Positions 1 through 12,133 of a stretch of 64,000 bases of DNA are shown here, one piece after another. Location: NCBI GenBank assembly GCA_965644315.1, contig CBFFRQ010000068.1, positions 1,302,001 to 1,366,000 of the forward strand, in the 5' to 3' direction. Source of the DNA: Caecitellus pseudoparvulus. Taxonomy: Eukaryota; Protista; Bigyra: Bicosoecida. The notes under the pieces are model-generated. The model was not told the origin of the DNA, searched no databases, and saw nothing but the letters and a program-made list of their open reading frames with translations. A program made the position numbers and the translations under genes. Position 1 is the first letter of the stretch, and the number at the start of each line of letters is the position of its first letter.

Positions 1-163
1 GTCAGCAATGCAAAAAGTCAAGCTCCGCCACAAACAAGCACTTAGAAAAAGCGACTCCTCCTTCGCGGCTTGGCCGAAGAGCTCCCATGCAGGACTGAAG
101 CGATTCTCGGCGCGAACTTGGTACTGCCTCGGGCGCGTTTCAGCTGCGTTGCGCTGACTCAAC

Positions 164-1786
164 ATGCAGGCCGGTGGTCCTCGCAAGAGCGGTGCGTCCA
201 TACGGGGCAGCAGCACTGGCGGCCCAATAAGAGCGTTCAACGCATCACAGCGGAGGAGATCGGTGGCAGAGAGCCGGATTGCTTCTGAGACTGCCTCAGT
301 GAAGTCAGCTGGCCGGCGCTCTGGAGGGCTTGAAAAAGCGGCCAAGCATCCTGCAAAGGCAGCCAAAGGGCGCAAAGCATTCTCCAAACCACAACTAGAA
401 AGCGGCGGCAGAGTAGAGAAGTCTAGATATGGTGGAGCACAAGAGACAGGTCTTCAAGACCCTGAGAGCACTGGAGCCTTGACGGCAGGTGTGACCCGAG
501 AGGTGGTGTCAGGCCAAGCAGCTGACGAGGGTGAGGAGCTGTCAGCCCTGGAACAGCTTGTGGCACAGCGCAAGGCGCAACGGCTTGAAGAAATCGCCTT
601 GAAGCTGGAACTTGAAGCGCAAGTCGACCCCATGCAAGCAAAGAAACATGGGCTGCTCTGCAAGCTACGCGGGGGCCACACACTGGCTGTGTCGGATTGC
701 CAGTACACTGATGATGGCAAGTACATCACCTCTTGCTCTTTCGATGGCAGTGTTGTGACCTATGACATCAAGCATCAGAAGGTAAAACGGGTCTACGAAG
801 GGCACGTTGGAATGGTGTTTGCGTGCCAATATGTGCCTCGAGCTGGGAACAAGCTCCTCGCAACCGTTGGGCAAGATAGCACAGCAAGGGTGTGGGACAG
901 AAAGTCTGGCAAGTGCAAACTAGTGCTCAAAGAAGAGCAACAACACTCCCTGTACACCGTCGCTTGGTCTCCGAATGGAAAGCGGCTAGCCACCGCAGGC
1001 GAGGACCGCAGCATCATTGTGTGGGACATCAAAACTGCGCTCGAATGTGCAGACGACCCCACCTTGACGAACGAAGCTATTGTAGACTTCAAGATGTTTC
1101 CATACCCTCAAAACTTTCATGGCCACCGAGGCCCGATTCGCAAGCTACTCTTTGCCCGTGATGGCAAGAGCCTGATCTCTTGCTCTGACGACGGGCGAAT
1201 CAAGAACTGGAAGCTAGGGAGCTCAGGAGGCGGAGCCGTCTCAGTTTCCATCGATGCACATGCTGGGGGCGTACTTGATATGGACATGTCGCCTGATGGA
1301 GTTAAGTTCGCCTCCTGCAGCCGTGACGGCACCATCAAGCAATGGTACACCAAGTCGGGGCTGCAGCTGACAACCTTCGTTGGCCATGGGGGCTGTGTCT
1401 ACACTGTGCGATATACGAGAGAGGCTCCACTAGAGTCAGAGAGCCCACCAGTTGGTCGCAGGCTCGTGTCGGGGGGGCATGACCTGTCTGTCATTGTGTG
1501 GGATGCCGAGACAGGCGCCGTGCTGCACCGGATGGCTGGCATCCACAGGAGCTATATTTTGTCGGTTGCAGTGAAGCCTGATGGCAGGGAATTCGCGACA
1601 GCTTCCGGGGATCATACTGTTGGTGTTTGGCGGGCAGTAGCTCCGACAAATTGGGATAGGGTGGCAGAGGCGGTGCAAGGGGCACTGAGCAGCATGGGGC
1701 AGTCTTGCTTGGAGGCGCTTGGGCTGTCTGACCACTTCTCCTTCGCCAACACTGCAAGTGCTGCAACAGCAGGTGCTGCTCGGTGA
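164..1786 (+). CDS. WD40-repeat beta-propeller protein with a basic, low-complexity N-terminus
   Basis: 540-aa uninterrupted ORF with about 7 GH...WD-type repeats (GHTLAV..TYD, GHVGMV..RVWD, SIIVWD, GHRGPI..KNWK, AHAGGV..KQW, GHGGCV..IVWD, IHRSYI..GVW). Confidence 0.9.
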   Translation: MQAGGPRKSGASIRGSSTGGPIRAFNASQRRRSVAESRIASETASVKSAGRRSGGLEKAAKHPAKAAKGRKAFSKPQLESGGRVEKSRYGGAQETGLQDPESTGALTAGVTREVVSGQAADEGEELSALEQLVAQRKAQRLEEIALKLELEAQVDPMQAKKHGLLCKLRGGHTLAVSDCQYTDDGKYITSCSFDGSVVTYDIKHQKVKRVYEGHVGMVFACQYVPRAGNKLLATVGQDSTARVWDRKSGKCKLVLKEEQQHSLYTVAWSPNGKRLATAGEDRSIIVWDIKTALECADDPTLTNEAIVDFKMFPYPQNFHGHRGPIRKLLFARDGKSLISCSDDGRIKNWKLGSSGGGAVSVSIDAHAGGVLDMDMSPDGVKFASCSRDGTIKQWYTKSGLQLTTFVGHGGCVYTVRYTREAPLESESPPVGRRLVSGGHDLSVIVWDAETGAVLHRMAGIHRSYILSVAVKPDGREFATASGDHTVGVWRAVAPTNWDRVAEAVQGALSSMGQSCLEALGLSDHFSFANTASAATAGAAR

Positions 1787-1787
1787 T

Positions 1788-3512
1788 TCATGCATTTACA
1801 GTCCCTTCTGAGTGGGCCAGCAGCAGGTTGAGTCGTCCCTTCAGCCTCAGCAGCTTCTTAAAAGTTGCCATGCGCTGATTCACTGCCTGGTACAGCACCA
1901 TCAGCTTTGCGCTGAGATCAGGGACAGACATGAGGCTGCCGGCATGGCACTGCAGCACGGCATTCATCCACTTGAGCAAATGGGCACCCCGGGTGGGGCG
2001 TCGGTCGAACTTGGACATGAGCTGGGACAATAGCTTCAGAGCATCTGCTCCTGTCAGGGCTGAAACAGTGGAATGGATGGCCTCCTGGGAGCTGGACGCC
2101 GTCAGGCATCGCTCCAGAAGGGCGTCGTTCCCTGCAGCGAGTGCTTGGGACAAAGGAATGGTCACGCTGGCGGACTTCCTGGCAAGGGCCTCTGAAGTCT
2201 CTGGCTGGACGTCGCCGGGATCAGACGCAGCTGCAGCAGCAGCAAGCTCTGCAACCCTCTCACCCAAGGTCAAATGGCCAGAGCTCCTCTCCTTCTTTGC
2301 AGCTGGGACAAGGTCCGCGATACTGGCATGCAGCTCACCAAGGCCCCGAGGACGCTTCTGGGATGCGAGCTTCAGGGCTGTACCCGAGCCTGCCGCGGCT
2401 GGCCCATCTCCAGAGAGTGACAAGCTGCCGGGGACAGGCATGCCAGCACCTCCAAACACTGCAGCGGCGGTGGAACCACTGGGCGAGGACCAGAATGCAG
2501 CTGCGACATGCCCAGGTGGCTGCAACGTGCTCGCGCTTCCTTCCCACTGAAGGTCTCCAGAAGCAAGGGCCGAGGCTTGAGCAGTGCAAACTCGTCCATC
2601 TTCCAGTGAGGCCAGGACTTTGATGTCACCGTCGCCAAAATGCGCGGACAAGTGCTGCGCGACGGCCGGAAGCGCAGTAGACACAACGTCAGCAGACCAT
2701 GAGGTTGCGTCGCTGGGCAATGGCACAGCGTGCAGTCCTCGTGACGAGTCAGCCAGCAGAAGACAGTTGTCAGCTACCGATGCAGCACAGGTGTGGGGTA
2801 CCGCAGTGCCCTGAAGGGGGCAGCAGTCCAAAGCTGGCATGCCCCCCGTTCGAAGGCTGACACCAACCACTGCTGCCCCAACAATGAGAGCTGCGAAAGG
2901 ACCAGACCCCTGCACAAGTTGCATATCCGCTGAAACATCAAGTTGTGTGCTCGCCAATACATCGCCAGAGACGCCCCAAGCCACGAGCAGGCCTTGGGAG
3001 TCGAGCGACAACACTGCCGCTTCGCCAACACCTTGCACCAGACCTGTTACAGCTGCCGCATGAGCTGTCTGTGTCGAGAACACCGAGCGCTGCCCATTCG
3101 ATAGAGAAACAGAGTAAATAGAACCTGAACTGGAGCCGATCAGCACGTTTCCGTTGAAGAGAGCAACAGCGCAGACCTGCTGCCCCTTCGGAGCCCCCCT
3201 GCCAACACGCCGAAATCTCGCGTCACCCTGGCGAAGGGAAAGGTGGGGACATGTGCGGCTGCAGATCTAGCGCCACAGCCACATGGCAGACTCACAGGCG
3301 CGGCAACGAGCACTTCACCAGCCGAGTTTGAAGCGCAAAGCGTCCACTCGCCGCCTGGGCCAGAGGGGGCAAAGGCCGCAACAGGCACTGCATGTGCAGA
3401 ATGGACGGACCTGCAGCATGCATGCAGGAGAGTCTGAATGTGATGCTGATCTTGGGAGCATGTCGGGCGCTTTCGGCCCGCTGTGATCCAGCACTCACCG
3501 CTGGAGGCTCAT
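1788..3512 (-). CDS. UTP5/WDR43-like SSU processome protein (Utp12 C-terminal domain); 5' exons approximate
   Basis: C-terminus of ORF 1788..3146 (SVTIPLSQALAAGNDALLERCL..IHSTVSAL..LLKWMNAVLQCHAGSLMS..FKKLLRLKGRLNLLL) matches the Utp12 domain pattern, preceded by a degenerate propeller. Candidate ATG at 3512 is followed by a GTGAGT donor. Confidence 0.75.
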
Positions 3513-3728
3513 GGCACCTGGGACAGCGGAAATTGCACTGCAGAACAGAGCTCTTGCAGGCACTGGAAGCCCTGCTGAAGAGGGCGCGAACACCCAAGCA
3601 GCTCCGGGATAGAGGCGATGACGGCATGCAGGGCGGTCCGTTCGCGATTGCATTGGAGTGTGCCAAGACTGGAATTTGACAAAGCACGGGAGTACGGCAC
3701 AGAAGGGAAGAGCACAACACACATGAGC

Positions 3729-5012
3729 CTACAGCAAGTCGTCTTCGTGACTGATTTGGTCCACCGCACCTGCGTCACATACGGAGCCTTCAACGACCCC
3801 AACTTCAACATCCCCATGGGTGCTCTCATGCTCTTCAGGGGCTGCAGCAGCGGCAGGGGCTGCGAAAAGCTCGGCACGTGCCTCCGCATCCGCCGCTTGA
3901 TCGGCTGCACCGGTTTCCTCGCCGCCACCATAGGCACCCGGGGAACTACCAGCCACTAAAGCTACACCCCCCAATCCAAGTGGATCACTGCTGGCTGCGG
4001 CTGTCGCGACTGCAGCTGCACCAGCTGCTTGGCTGGTTGATGCGGGCGCCACTCGAGCCGTCGTGGCGGCTGAAGCCATGCCAGAGTCTGTCTCCACGAA
4101 CAAGCCCTCTTTCGCAACGCGACACACTTGGTTTTCCAAATACGTGAGCACACGTAGGCCCTGGGCAGCGGCCAGCCTACCCGCATCTTGCTTCTCCAAT
4201 GCCAAGACGAGCTCCTCCGCCGCCTCTGCTTCGTTGGACACTGCGAAACCATCCGCGGCAGCCAAGGCAGCAGAAAATTCTCGCCTTGCTCCAACAACCT
4301 CCCCTTCTGCTAGCAGAAGGATGATCCTGGACAGTGCCATCTTTGCAACATTGTGCGGCTGCTTCAATGCCGAGAACCAGGAGCTGAGGCTTGACATCGT
4401 CTCCATCGCACTTTTGTACTGCCGGTGGCGAAGGAGCAGGGGGAGGCACGCTTTTCCCTTGTCAACAGCGTAAATTGGACGACTGCCGTCACTGTACACG
4501 TCAAGCACACGGTGAAGTACAGCTGACATGGCTGGAATGTCTCCAACCTTCTCATGGCAACGCGCGCATGAGAGAAGGGCATCAGCAGCACGGTCAGGTT
4601 TGGCCGCCAGAGTAAAGTACCCTGATGCAGTTTCAAATGATGCAGCTGCGGCCTTGAGATTCTCCGGGGGGCTAGATTTCGCCACAGGGGCCAGCGCCTT
4701 GGCAGCAGCCTCCAGATCGATGCCAGCTCCCAGATCGTTCCCCAGAGCATGCTGACTTTCGGCACGCCGGGACAGGGCATCCACAAAGCCTGACATGTCT
4801 CCTGCTTTCCTAAATGCCTTGCTGGCATCTCCAAATGCCTGCACCGCCGCCAAATGGTCGGGCTTCCACTTAAAAACACCGGTGGACAGGCTGCAAACAT
4901 CGGAAACGCACGTGAAACGCCACGTGGAGAACCCCATTCAAGGTGCTACTCACGCATTCGAAGCACGCTTCATGCACGATTTAGCCTCTGCTGAGGCATC
5001 TTGGGCAGCCAT
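3729..5012 (-). CDS. NAPG: gamma-soluble NSF attachment protein (gamma-SNAP), 2 exons
   Basis: Splicing GT-AG intron 4953-4891 gives MAAQDASAEAKSCMKRASNALSTGVFKWKPDHLAA. The FKWKPD motif, SNAP helical repeats and acidic EDDLL terminus are typical of gamma-SNAP. Confidence 0.88.
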
Positions 5013-5421
5013 TTTGCTTTAGCCCGCCAAAACAGCAGCTGTTAACTAGACTGAGGGCAGGCACCTCCCTTGCAGCGGGGGTTCCTCTCCAACCACGGCT
5101 AGTTCAACAATCAATTTCACAAAGGGCTGAATCCTTTCTTGGATGGCATGGCTACGCGCATGTTTTGTGGAGAGTTCGGTGTGTGGAGCGCTAAGTGCGC
5201 TGGACTCGCCAGCGCTTGACCCACCAAAATCTCAACAGTGCATCATTCGCGCACTTGATATTGTACCTCGTCGATAGCCGGTGCCCGCTCTTCCTACGTG
5301 CGCTACTTTCCACACGTAAAGGTGATCTGCACGGCTTCTGTACGCTATTCAGGCACCCTTTGGCCTTAGTTGCTTTTTCAGCTGCTTTGTTGTCAAGTGT
5401 TTCTGTGCCAAACAGTTCAGG

Positions 5422-6042
5422 ATGGTGAAGGACGTCCGCGTGACCTACCGCAAGCGTCACTCTTACAACACGCGCAGCAACAAGATCCGTGTTGTGAAGA
5501 CCCCAGGTGCGTCGTGGGGGCAGTGGAGGTGCCTGATGCAGCCTAGAAACAGCCCAATTGCTAGTCCGATATCCGCATGTCAACTTCCGCACACCACCTT
5601 CCGCCTTGCGCTCCCAGGTGGCCGCCATGTCGCCCACTACGTCGCCAAGAAGGCCAAGCCTGTTGTCTGCGGTGTGACTGGCAAGCCCCTCGCTGGTGTA
5701 CGTCTTAAGCTCTGCCTGAGCTGCTCCTCGCTAGGTGCTGCACCTTGCCGCTGGCTCTGCACAGGTGGCTCGCGTTCGCCCAGCAGTCAACTCCCGCCTC
5801 AACCCTCACCGCCGCACCGTCAGCCGCGCATACGGTGGCGTCCTCTCTGCCCAGGCTGTGAAGGAGCGGTGAGTCACGCCGCAGCACCACAAGTGCATTG
5901 TCGCTCCTGCATGAACCCGTATGCATCACAACTTCCCCACAGCATCATGCGCGCCTTCATGATTGAGGAACAGCGCAGTGTCAAAGCTACCCTCCGTGCC
6001 AAGGCTGCTGCTGCTAAGGCCAAGTCCAAGTCTCGCCGATAA
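5422..6042 (+). CDS. RPL34: 60S ribosomal protein eL34, 4 exons
   Basis: [61 protein letters not shown] after removing GT-AG introns 5507-5617, 5698-5764 and 5869-5942. Confidence 0.97.
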   Translation: [206 protein letters not shown]

Positions 6043-6074
6043 ACTTGCAGGTCGTAGTTGCCGCTGCCAATGCA

Positions 6075-6962
6075 TCAAACATCACCTGCCTCCAAAGCAC
6101 CCTTAGCCGCTTGCCACCTGGACGCCAGGCCACTTGCGAGAGCTTCGAAAGGCGCATCCACCCCGCTAGCTTGCAGTGCGCTTGTTTCAAAGTACTCGAG
6201 GTGAAACCCGGCTGCAGTCTCCTTGCCCTCTTCCTCTGATACAACGCGGCGGTCGTCTGACTCAAGGTCCACCTTATTCGCCACAAGCACCCCTGGCAAA
6301 GGCTTTCCTTCCCGTGCGTCCAGCAGCTGCCGGAGCCACTTGGCACTTGATGTAAACGAGTCAGTTACTGTAACATCATACACAACCATGACACAAGATG
6401 CGGTTGACCACTGAGTAGACGAGGAAGGGGCGAGCACGGTGCCTACCACGTCCCAGCACAGGAGGAGCACAGAGCCAACGCACTGTAGATTGGCCAAAGC
6501 CACCTGTGGTAAACACAGCCTGTCCTGGAGTGTCAATCAAGTACTGCTCAACGTCCACGTTCTCTAGCACAGACTTGAACACTTTCGTGTGGAGTTGGGG
6601 AGCGGTGGTCTGTGCAGGCACCAGCTTGCAGGCCAGTCAGAAGCGACACACAGTCACGTGACGCCCAGTTCGCGCACCATCTCATACTGGGCACCCCGCT
6701 CAACCCCCCCTGTACATAAACACTTGATTAGCGCTGTCTTGCCAACTGTGCTGTCGCCTGCAACACAAGCGCCCACGAAATGCAGCAACCGTTGCACAGC
6801 GACGCGAAACGCCAGGGACACACCAAGCACCAACACAGTCTGCCGCAGCAACTCCTGCGAAACGAATCACACAAGAAAGTTGCCCTGGGCGCAATTCATA
6901 CACTCATTCAGCATTCCTACCGAAGGCCCTCCACTTCCAGCGTCGACAGGCGCTCCAGCCAT
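6075..6962 (-). CDS. IFT27: Rab-like small GTPase, most similar to intraflagellar transport protein 27; multi-exon
   Basis: Spliced product MAGAPVDAGSGGPS|ELLRQTVLVLG|DSTVGKTAL has G1 GDSTVGKT, G3 DTPGQ, G4 LPGVLVANKVD and G5 ETSA. There is no C-terminal prenylation cysteine, as in IFT27/RABL4. Confidence 0.75.
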
Positions 6963-7049
6963 ACTTCTGTGGCACGGCTTGGACAGCAAGCACTGGTTGA
7001 TCTCCCAGAAAAGGAAAGAAAAAGCGAGGGCTATACAGACTACTCAGGC

Positions 7050-10000
7050 TTGCAAAACATCCATGAAACAAGGCATTGCAATTCTTGAATATGTGTATTG
7101 TCCTGCTTGCTCAGTTTGCACACGCACAGGGCAAAGATCGGTGACCGAGAAGTAGCACCGTTGACAAGTGATCTTCCAACAACCCCCTACAAATAAAACA
7201 ACCCAATGAGGCAGTGATGCTGGCAGGAAACTTGGCAGGTTGTCCTAAAAAATCATGCTTTCGTTTCAGTAGACAAACTCGAACGAGCACGAAGAACACC
7301 AGAGTCGAACTGACGACAAATCCACGAATTGAATGTGTCATCCATCAACGCCGAATTTCAGCATGTCATCTCACTCTGCATCGTCCGCACAAGCTCGTTG
7401 TACTGACCCCAAAAGAGACGCCCACATGCTCAACGTTCCCCACCAAGGCGCAGGCTTGCGGAGAAATCTGCATAAAGAACTCAATCGCGCAAGAGCAACA
7501 CGGAGGCACTCTCTCTCTGCTGACGAAGAAGCTGAACGTAAAGAAAAATGGAACTAGAAACAACAGGAGAGAAGTGTCAGGAAACCTTGCCTTGCCAGGG
7601 CCGACAAAATTCGCGGGCAGTGTTGCTCAAGCAGGCAGCTGAAAGCAGCACAACATGAAAGACTTCGAGACACAATTGCACATTGGCGCTGCATCGCAGG
7701 GATTTGTGTTGCTCAGCAAAGGTTACTGAAATAGGCTTCACACATGGCAGAATCTGCCGCGTCAACATTCCCAAAATGATTTACATTGTTGAAAAACTGT
7801 GTGCCATTGTGATAGTATATGACCTCGAACAAAAGCATCTGAACTCATCACCAATTCATGCAGAGTGCTGGACGAAAAGTCAACATACCGTTCACTCGAA
7901 CGCTTGCAAATCATATCATGTGGAGGGTGGAGCACCCTGGCGTTCGAATGCAATTCAACAAATGAGTCACACGTCGGGCCGCCTGGGAAGTCTCTCGTCT
8001 GCCCCAACTGTGACATTTCTCAAATGGAATCCTACACACCTATTACGCCCCACCCTGCACTGCGCTAATCTAGAAACACGCAAGCCGAATCGTCCAGCCA
8101 GTGGCCTGATGTGTGTCATACAGGCGCACTTCAGTCAATCAAAAATGCACCTTCAGAGAACGTGCCGGACAATCGTACGAATTGTATCCTCCTCGTCTAC
8201 AAGAGGAAAAGTAAAGGATAGGGGGGCAGGGCAACTTTGAAAAACTCAATTCGATGTGTTGAGATAAGGGAGTGGTTCGATGATCACGATCTAGTGCACT
8301 TGGGCATTCAGTCCTCTCGTAGAAGGCCTCGCAGGAGGGTTGGTTTAGGCACTGCATTTCAAGAAATGTTGATCTAAATGAGGGGTTGTCAGACAACAGC
8401 ACCTTGCTTGCAAAATGGAAGATTGATAACGCCACATGAAAGGCGAGTGCAACGCAACTAAAACCATTGTGCCTTCTGCCTTGAGAAGGATTAGTCTTTG
8501 CAAGGTCCGATGCTGTGCAGCCACGTAAACAAGTGCTACGTGAGCAAACAAAGGGGCATTGCACTGCCGTCACCCTACCCTTCCCACATGAATTTTACAA
8601 ACGTCATCTGAGGCAAGAGTTTGTTAAGGGGCTGTGCAATTCGTTAATCATTGCGCGTTTCCATAAAAATTAGATATGAAGTCTGTCTCCTGCTCTAGGG
8701 CACGTTTCTGCTCGCGCTGCACACGGCACGCAGCCAAAACCACACCCAAGACAACAGCTGATTGCAGGTGCACCTTCCTTTTCACACCACATGCCACTAA
8801 GCAATACCTTTGTCACCCTCGTTGAGTCTGATACGGAACGCAGAGTAAGGACAGAGGACAGAAATCAGTGCAATAGTGCCAAACTGAAAAATCGTGTCTG
8901 TACTCCAGCCAAGAGCGCGTTTCCCGAAAGTTCTTTCAGAATGCTTATCGCTTCTTCTTTTCTTGGTAAGTGAATTCTACAGGTTGATGTGAAGTCAAGA
9001 GGTAAAACAGACGCAACATACATAGATTTCTTGTTTCTTGTGATGTGAATGTATGAAGCATGCCTCATATCATGATAAAATGTCGCAGAATACCACCAAC
9101 TACCAGAATGCTCGTCAAGGAAACTGAATGGTGAACAAAGGTTTCGGCGTTTGCCATAGAACGCTTGAATGCTGCCTTACCCATCACATTCAGTTCGAGG
9201 TCTTCAGTGAAACACAAGCGCTGTGGTTATTCTAGCAAGCCTGCTTGAAATAATTCAGTGGGAGTTGTTGTGCTCAACATGCTGAGGTCTTTGATATGAT
9301 GAAGTATGAAAACGATTGTTGATCTTGCAGCTCACCATAGATACCTTGTGATGCTCACGCCTCGCAATAATTCTGATGGAGATCTGCACATATGAAAAGG
9401 ATCACCAGCTTGCTGCGAGTTTGGGCCATGGGGCAATTTGCACTGCTGTACTCGACAAACTCTTTAGGTTTGGAAAGATTGTCAACTTGGCTACGGGTTT
9501 CATTGATGTGCTGGTCTTTCACAACTTTCGATTGTCTCCGGGATGTACGTTGCGATGATCACGTGCAGATGATCTGTTGTGTGAAGGTTTGTTGTTGCTA
9601 GAATGTGCACCGTGGTGCTCCCTCTTCAAGAAAACACAACGAATAGAAGCAAAGTGAGAACAGGGAGAGAACTTGCATAGTCGGACATGAATAATGTGTG
9701 GCCACAAGGTGGCCTGCAACTATTGGGTCCAAGCTTGCTCTGATCACTGCTTTGCAAATCGGGTAGTGTCATCGAGAAAGCAAGGAGATTTCTGTGTTAT
9801 ATCAACCCCTCTCGCATTCACTTGCGCATGTATGCTTGCTGTACAATCGGTGAATCAGCTTAAGTGGGGACTCAACACATTGTGCTTCAGAAGCTCGCAC
9901 CACGTATCAACTCTGACTTCTAGCTTGGACCGCTGCTCTTTGCTGATGTACACTTTGTTGTCCGTTGAATTTTGTCCATCGCAGCCCTAACTCCGCAACA

Positions 10001-10450
10001 TAATTTTCACCTTTTCTGTGCAGTTGGCTGATCTTTCTGCCATAGATATTGCTTTAGTTTGCATGTCTCTGAGTGAGTCGCTACGTTGTTGTGCGTTGCT
10101 CTTTTTTTCAGTATCACGTCGGTGCCGGTGCGGAGGAACTGCACGCATCCCTTCCTCGTCTACTTCACTACAAACAACATACTTTGCTAGTGCATGATGG
10201 AAGCCGAACCATTTCTTCCTCTTCGCAGGCGCGTGAGCTTTACTTCTCGAGCTTTTCAGGTCGAGCGAAGGATGAGAAGTACGCTGCGTACTGTACGCAG
10301 CCAAAACACACATGCAAAGTTACATCGGAAAGCCCCTACAGGTTCTGAGAAGAGATTGGGTGCTTTTCGACCATTTTCTTGTGCTCTTGGTGAAACAATC
10401 GACACAGGTTGCGGATCAATCTGTGTCACATGAGCGTTTCGACTGCGTTT
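7050..10450. other. Low-GC segment without a long ORF; possibly an intron-dense + strand gene of unknown function
   Basis: Three sampled 60-nt lines were 35-45% GC. Several + strand donor/acceptor pairs occur (GTAAGG near 8845 to CTCCAG near 8908; TTTTTTTCAG at 10111; TTCGCAG near 10228) and join protein-like fragments. Confidence 0.4.
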
Positions 10451-10517
10451 CAGGTAGCTTTCACACAGACCGCCCGTGCTGCTCAAGTGGGGCTAGCTGT
10501 CAACTAAGCAAGAGGAC

Positions 10518-12107
10518 ATGTCAAAATCTCGGCAGTCTAGAGACGAACTGGTTTCGAGGCTGCTCGCTCAGCACGCCCGGCAGGAGGCAGACGGGGAGCT
10601 CCTGATTCCAGGCAGTGCTGCCGTTACTCACGCAAGCATAAAGGAAGCAGCTAGTTTCCACGTGCACGAGCCCAAGAAGGGGAGGCTAAACTCTGTAGGG
10701 AAAGTAAGGACATCGATGAAGAAAGAGTTGCCGGCCCGTGCTTGCCCAATTGAAGAATCGCCTCCACACAAAGCTGGGATCAGCGTTTCTCAGGCACAGA
10801 AGGTGGCTGCACGATTGCATGCAGCTGCTGCTCGTTCAGAAGAAAGGCTTGCGGCGAAGCGAGAGGCTGCAGCACAAGCAGAGCTTAAAGATTGTACGTT
10901 TGGTCGTGTAGCTGGTGAGGGTCATGCAGGTGAGCAGGCATCCCAAAGACTGTACGCGGATGCTGCAGCACGCCGTTCACAACAGCGGCTTCAGGCACTG
11001 AGGGGCAGTGACGAACCCGCCTTCTCATTCCAACCGCAAGTAAACCCGCACCGTGCAAGTGTGGTGACTTCAATTCCATTGCACCGGCGGGTGCAAGCTG
11101 TGCAACGCGAACGAAGGGCCAAGCTCCTAAAGCTGCGCATGGACGCAGAAGCGCAACAAGCAAAGATGCCCACATCTGTGACACGAACTGCAAGGTCAGA
11201 ACGCAGGCGAACAGCAAAGCAAAAGCAAAAGCGGAGGTACGCAGAGTCTGAGCTGAAAGATCTGACGTTCCAGCCGCAGATTTCAGAAGTGAGTCGGAGG
11301 ATATGTGCCCAGCATCCAGACCTACATGGCCTGCCATTCCTTGCCAGACAAGACGCCTTGGCAAAGAGGCGATTCAGCAAGCAAAAAGACCGAGCTCCAG
11401 ACCAGACGTATGCGTTTTCTCCCAACATCGGAAATGCTGACGAAGTTCTTGCTGCTGTCCGCCCAGAGAGGATGCTAGAAAGTGCGGCCGAGCGAGCGGT
11501 CAGGCTTGCAATTCTCGAGCCCCAAGCGGCTGACGCTTCCAGACGCCAAAACCGAGAGGCATTGTGGAGAGCTGAACGGCAAGAAGTTGAAGTCAACCAG
11601 GTTTCGCAAAAAGTTGGACGGCGGACTCCCCTTGAGGAGCTCGCCTTGCCTCGTCAACCCTCAAAGAGAATGGCACAGCATGAAGACAGCATGTCCAGGG
11701 ATCTGGAGAGATGCTGCACCTTTCAGCCAAGGATCAACCCAACCTCGGCATCAATGGCTTCAAAACAGGGAGCTCTTGCTGCGACATATCGATTGAATCC
11801 GAGGAATCCAAAGCAGGTCTCGAGCAAGATTGCACACATACAATCAAGCAAAAGAAAAACACAAGAAACTGCACGCGCGCAGCGAGAGTATTCAGAGCTA
11901 GAGGAGTGCACTTTCGAGCCTTCTACGACTTCCATGCCTCGAGAACAAACCGATCCCATCGTCGTTCGTGGCCTTGCGAGACACCTTGAACGTCAAGAAA
12001 AAGCTCGGAAGGCCAGGGCCCCCCCACCTCCGAAACCTTCATCCCTAGTGAGGCCCTCCGTCACTGTACCGAGACCGTTCCGCCTCTCGACCAACCAAAC
12101 AAACTAG
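10518..12107 (+). CDS. Basic, charged protein with repeated (C/L/F)(T/S)FxPxI(N/S) motifs; likely microtubule or cilium associated
   Basis: 529-aa ORF with motifs DCTFG, FSFQPQVN, LTFQPQIS, YAFSPNIG, CTFQPRIN and ECTFEPST, and terminal VTVPRPFRLST (TPX2/FAM161-like TxPxPFxLxT). Confidence 0.7.
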   Translation: MSKSRQSRDELVSRLLAQHARQEADGELLIPGSAAVTHASIKEAASFHVHEPKKGRLNSVGKVRTSMKKELPARACPIEESPPHKAGISVSQAQKVAARLHAAAARSEERLAAKREAAAQAELKDCTFGRVAGEGHAGEQASQRLYADAAARRSQQRLQALRGSDEPAFSFQPQVNPHRASVVTSIPLHRRVQAVQRERRAKLLKLRMDAEAQQAKMPTSVTRTARSERRRTAKQKQKRRYAESELKDLTFQPQISEVSRRICAQHPDLHGLPFLARQDALAKRRFSKQKDRAPDQTYAFSPNIGNADEVLAAVRPERMLESAAERAVRLAILEPQAADASRRQNREALWRAERQEVEVNQVSQKVGRRTPLEELALPRQPSKRMAQHEDSMSRDLERCCTFQPRINPTSASMASKQGALAATYRLNPRNPKQVSSKIAHIQSSKRKTQETARAQREYSELEECTFEPSTTSMPREQTDPIVVRGLARHLERQEKARKARAPPPPKPSSLVRPSVTVPRPFRLSTNQTN

Positions 12108-12133
12108 GGAGTACAAAAGCACAAACAATGCAT

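Noticed and set aside
7333-7780. Possible TAG-to-Gln stop-codon reassignment suggested by two in-frame TAGs
   Set aside because: Genes in the window end with TAG (gamma-SNAP, the CDK, WBP11) and long conserved ORFs contain no internal TAG. Two instances in an unassigned frame are not evidence.
7050-10450. Endogenous virophage/Polinton or retrotransposon
   Set aside because: No long ORFs, terminal repeats, or integrase, capsid, ATPase or RT motifs were visible. Kept only as an unexplained low-GC island.
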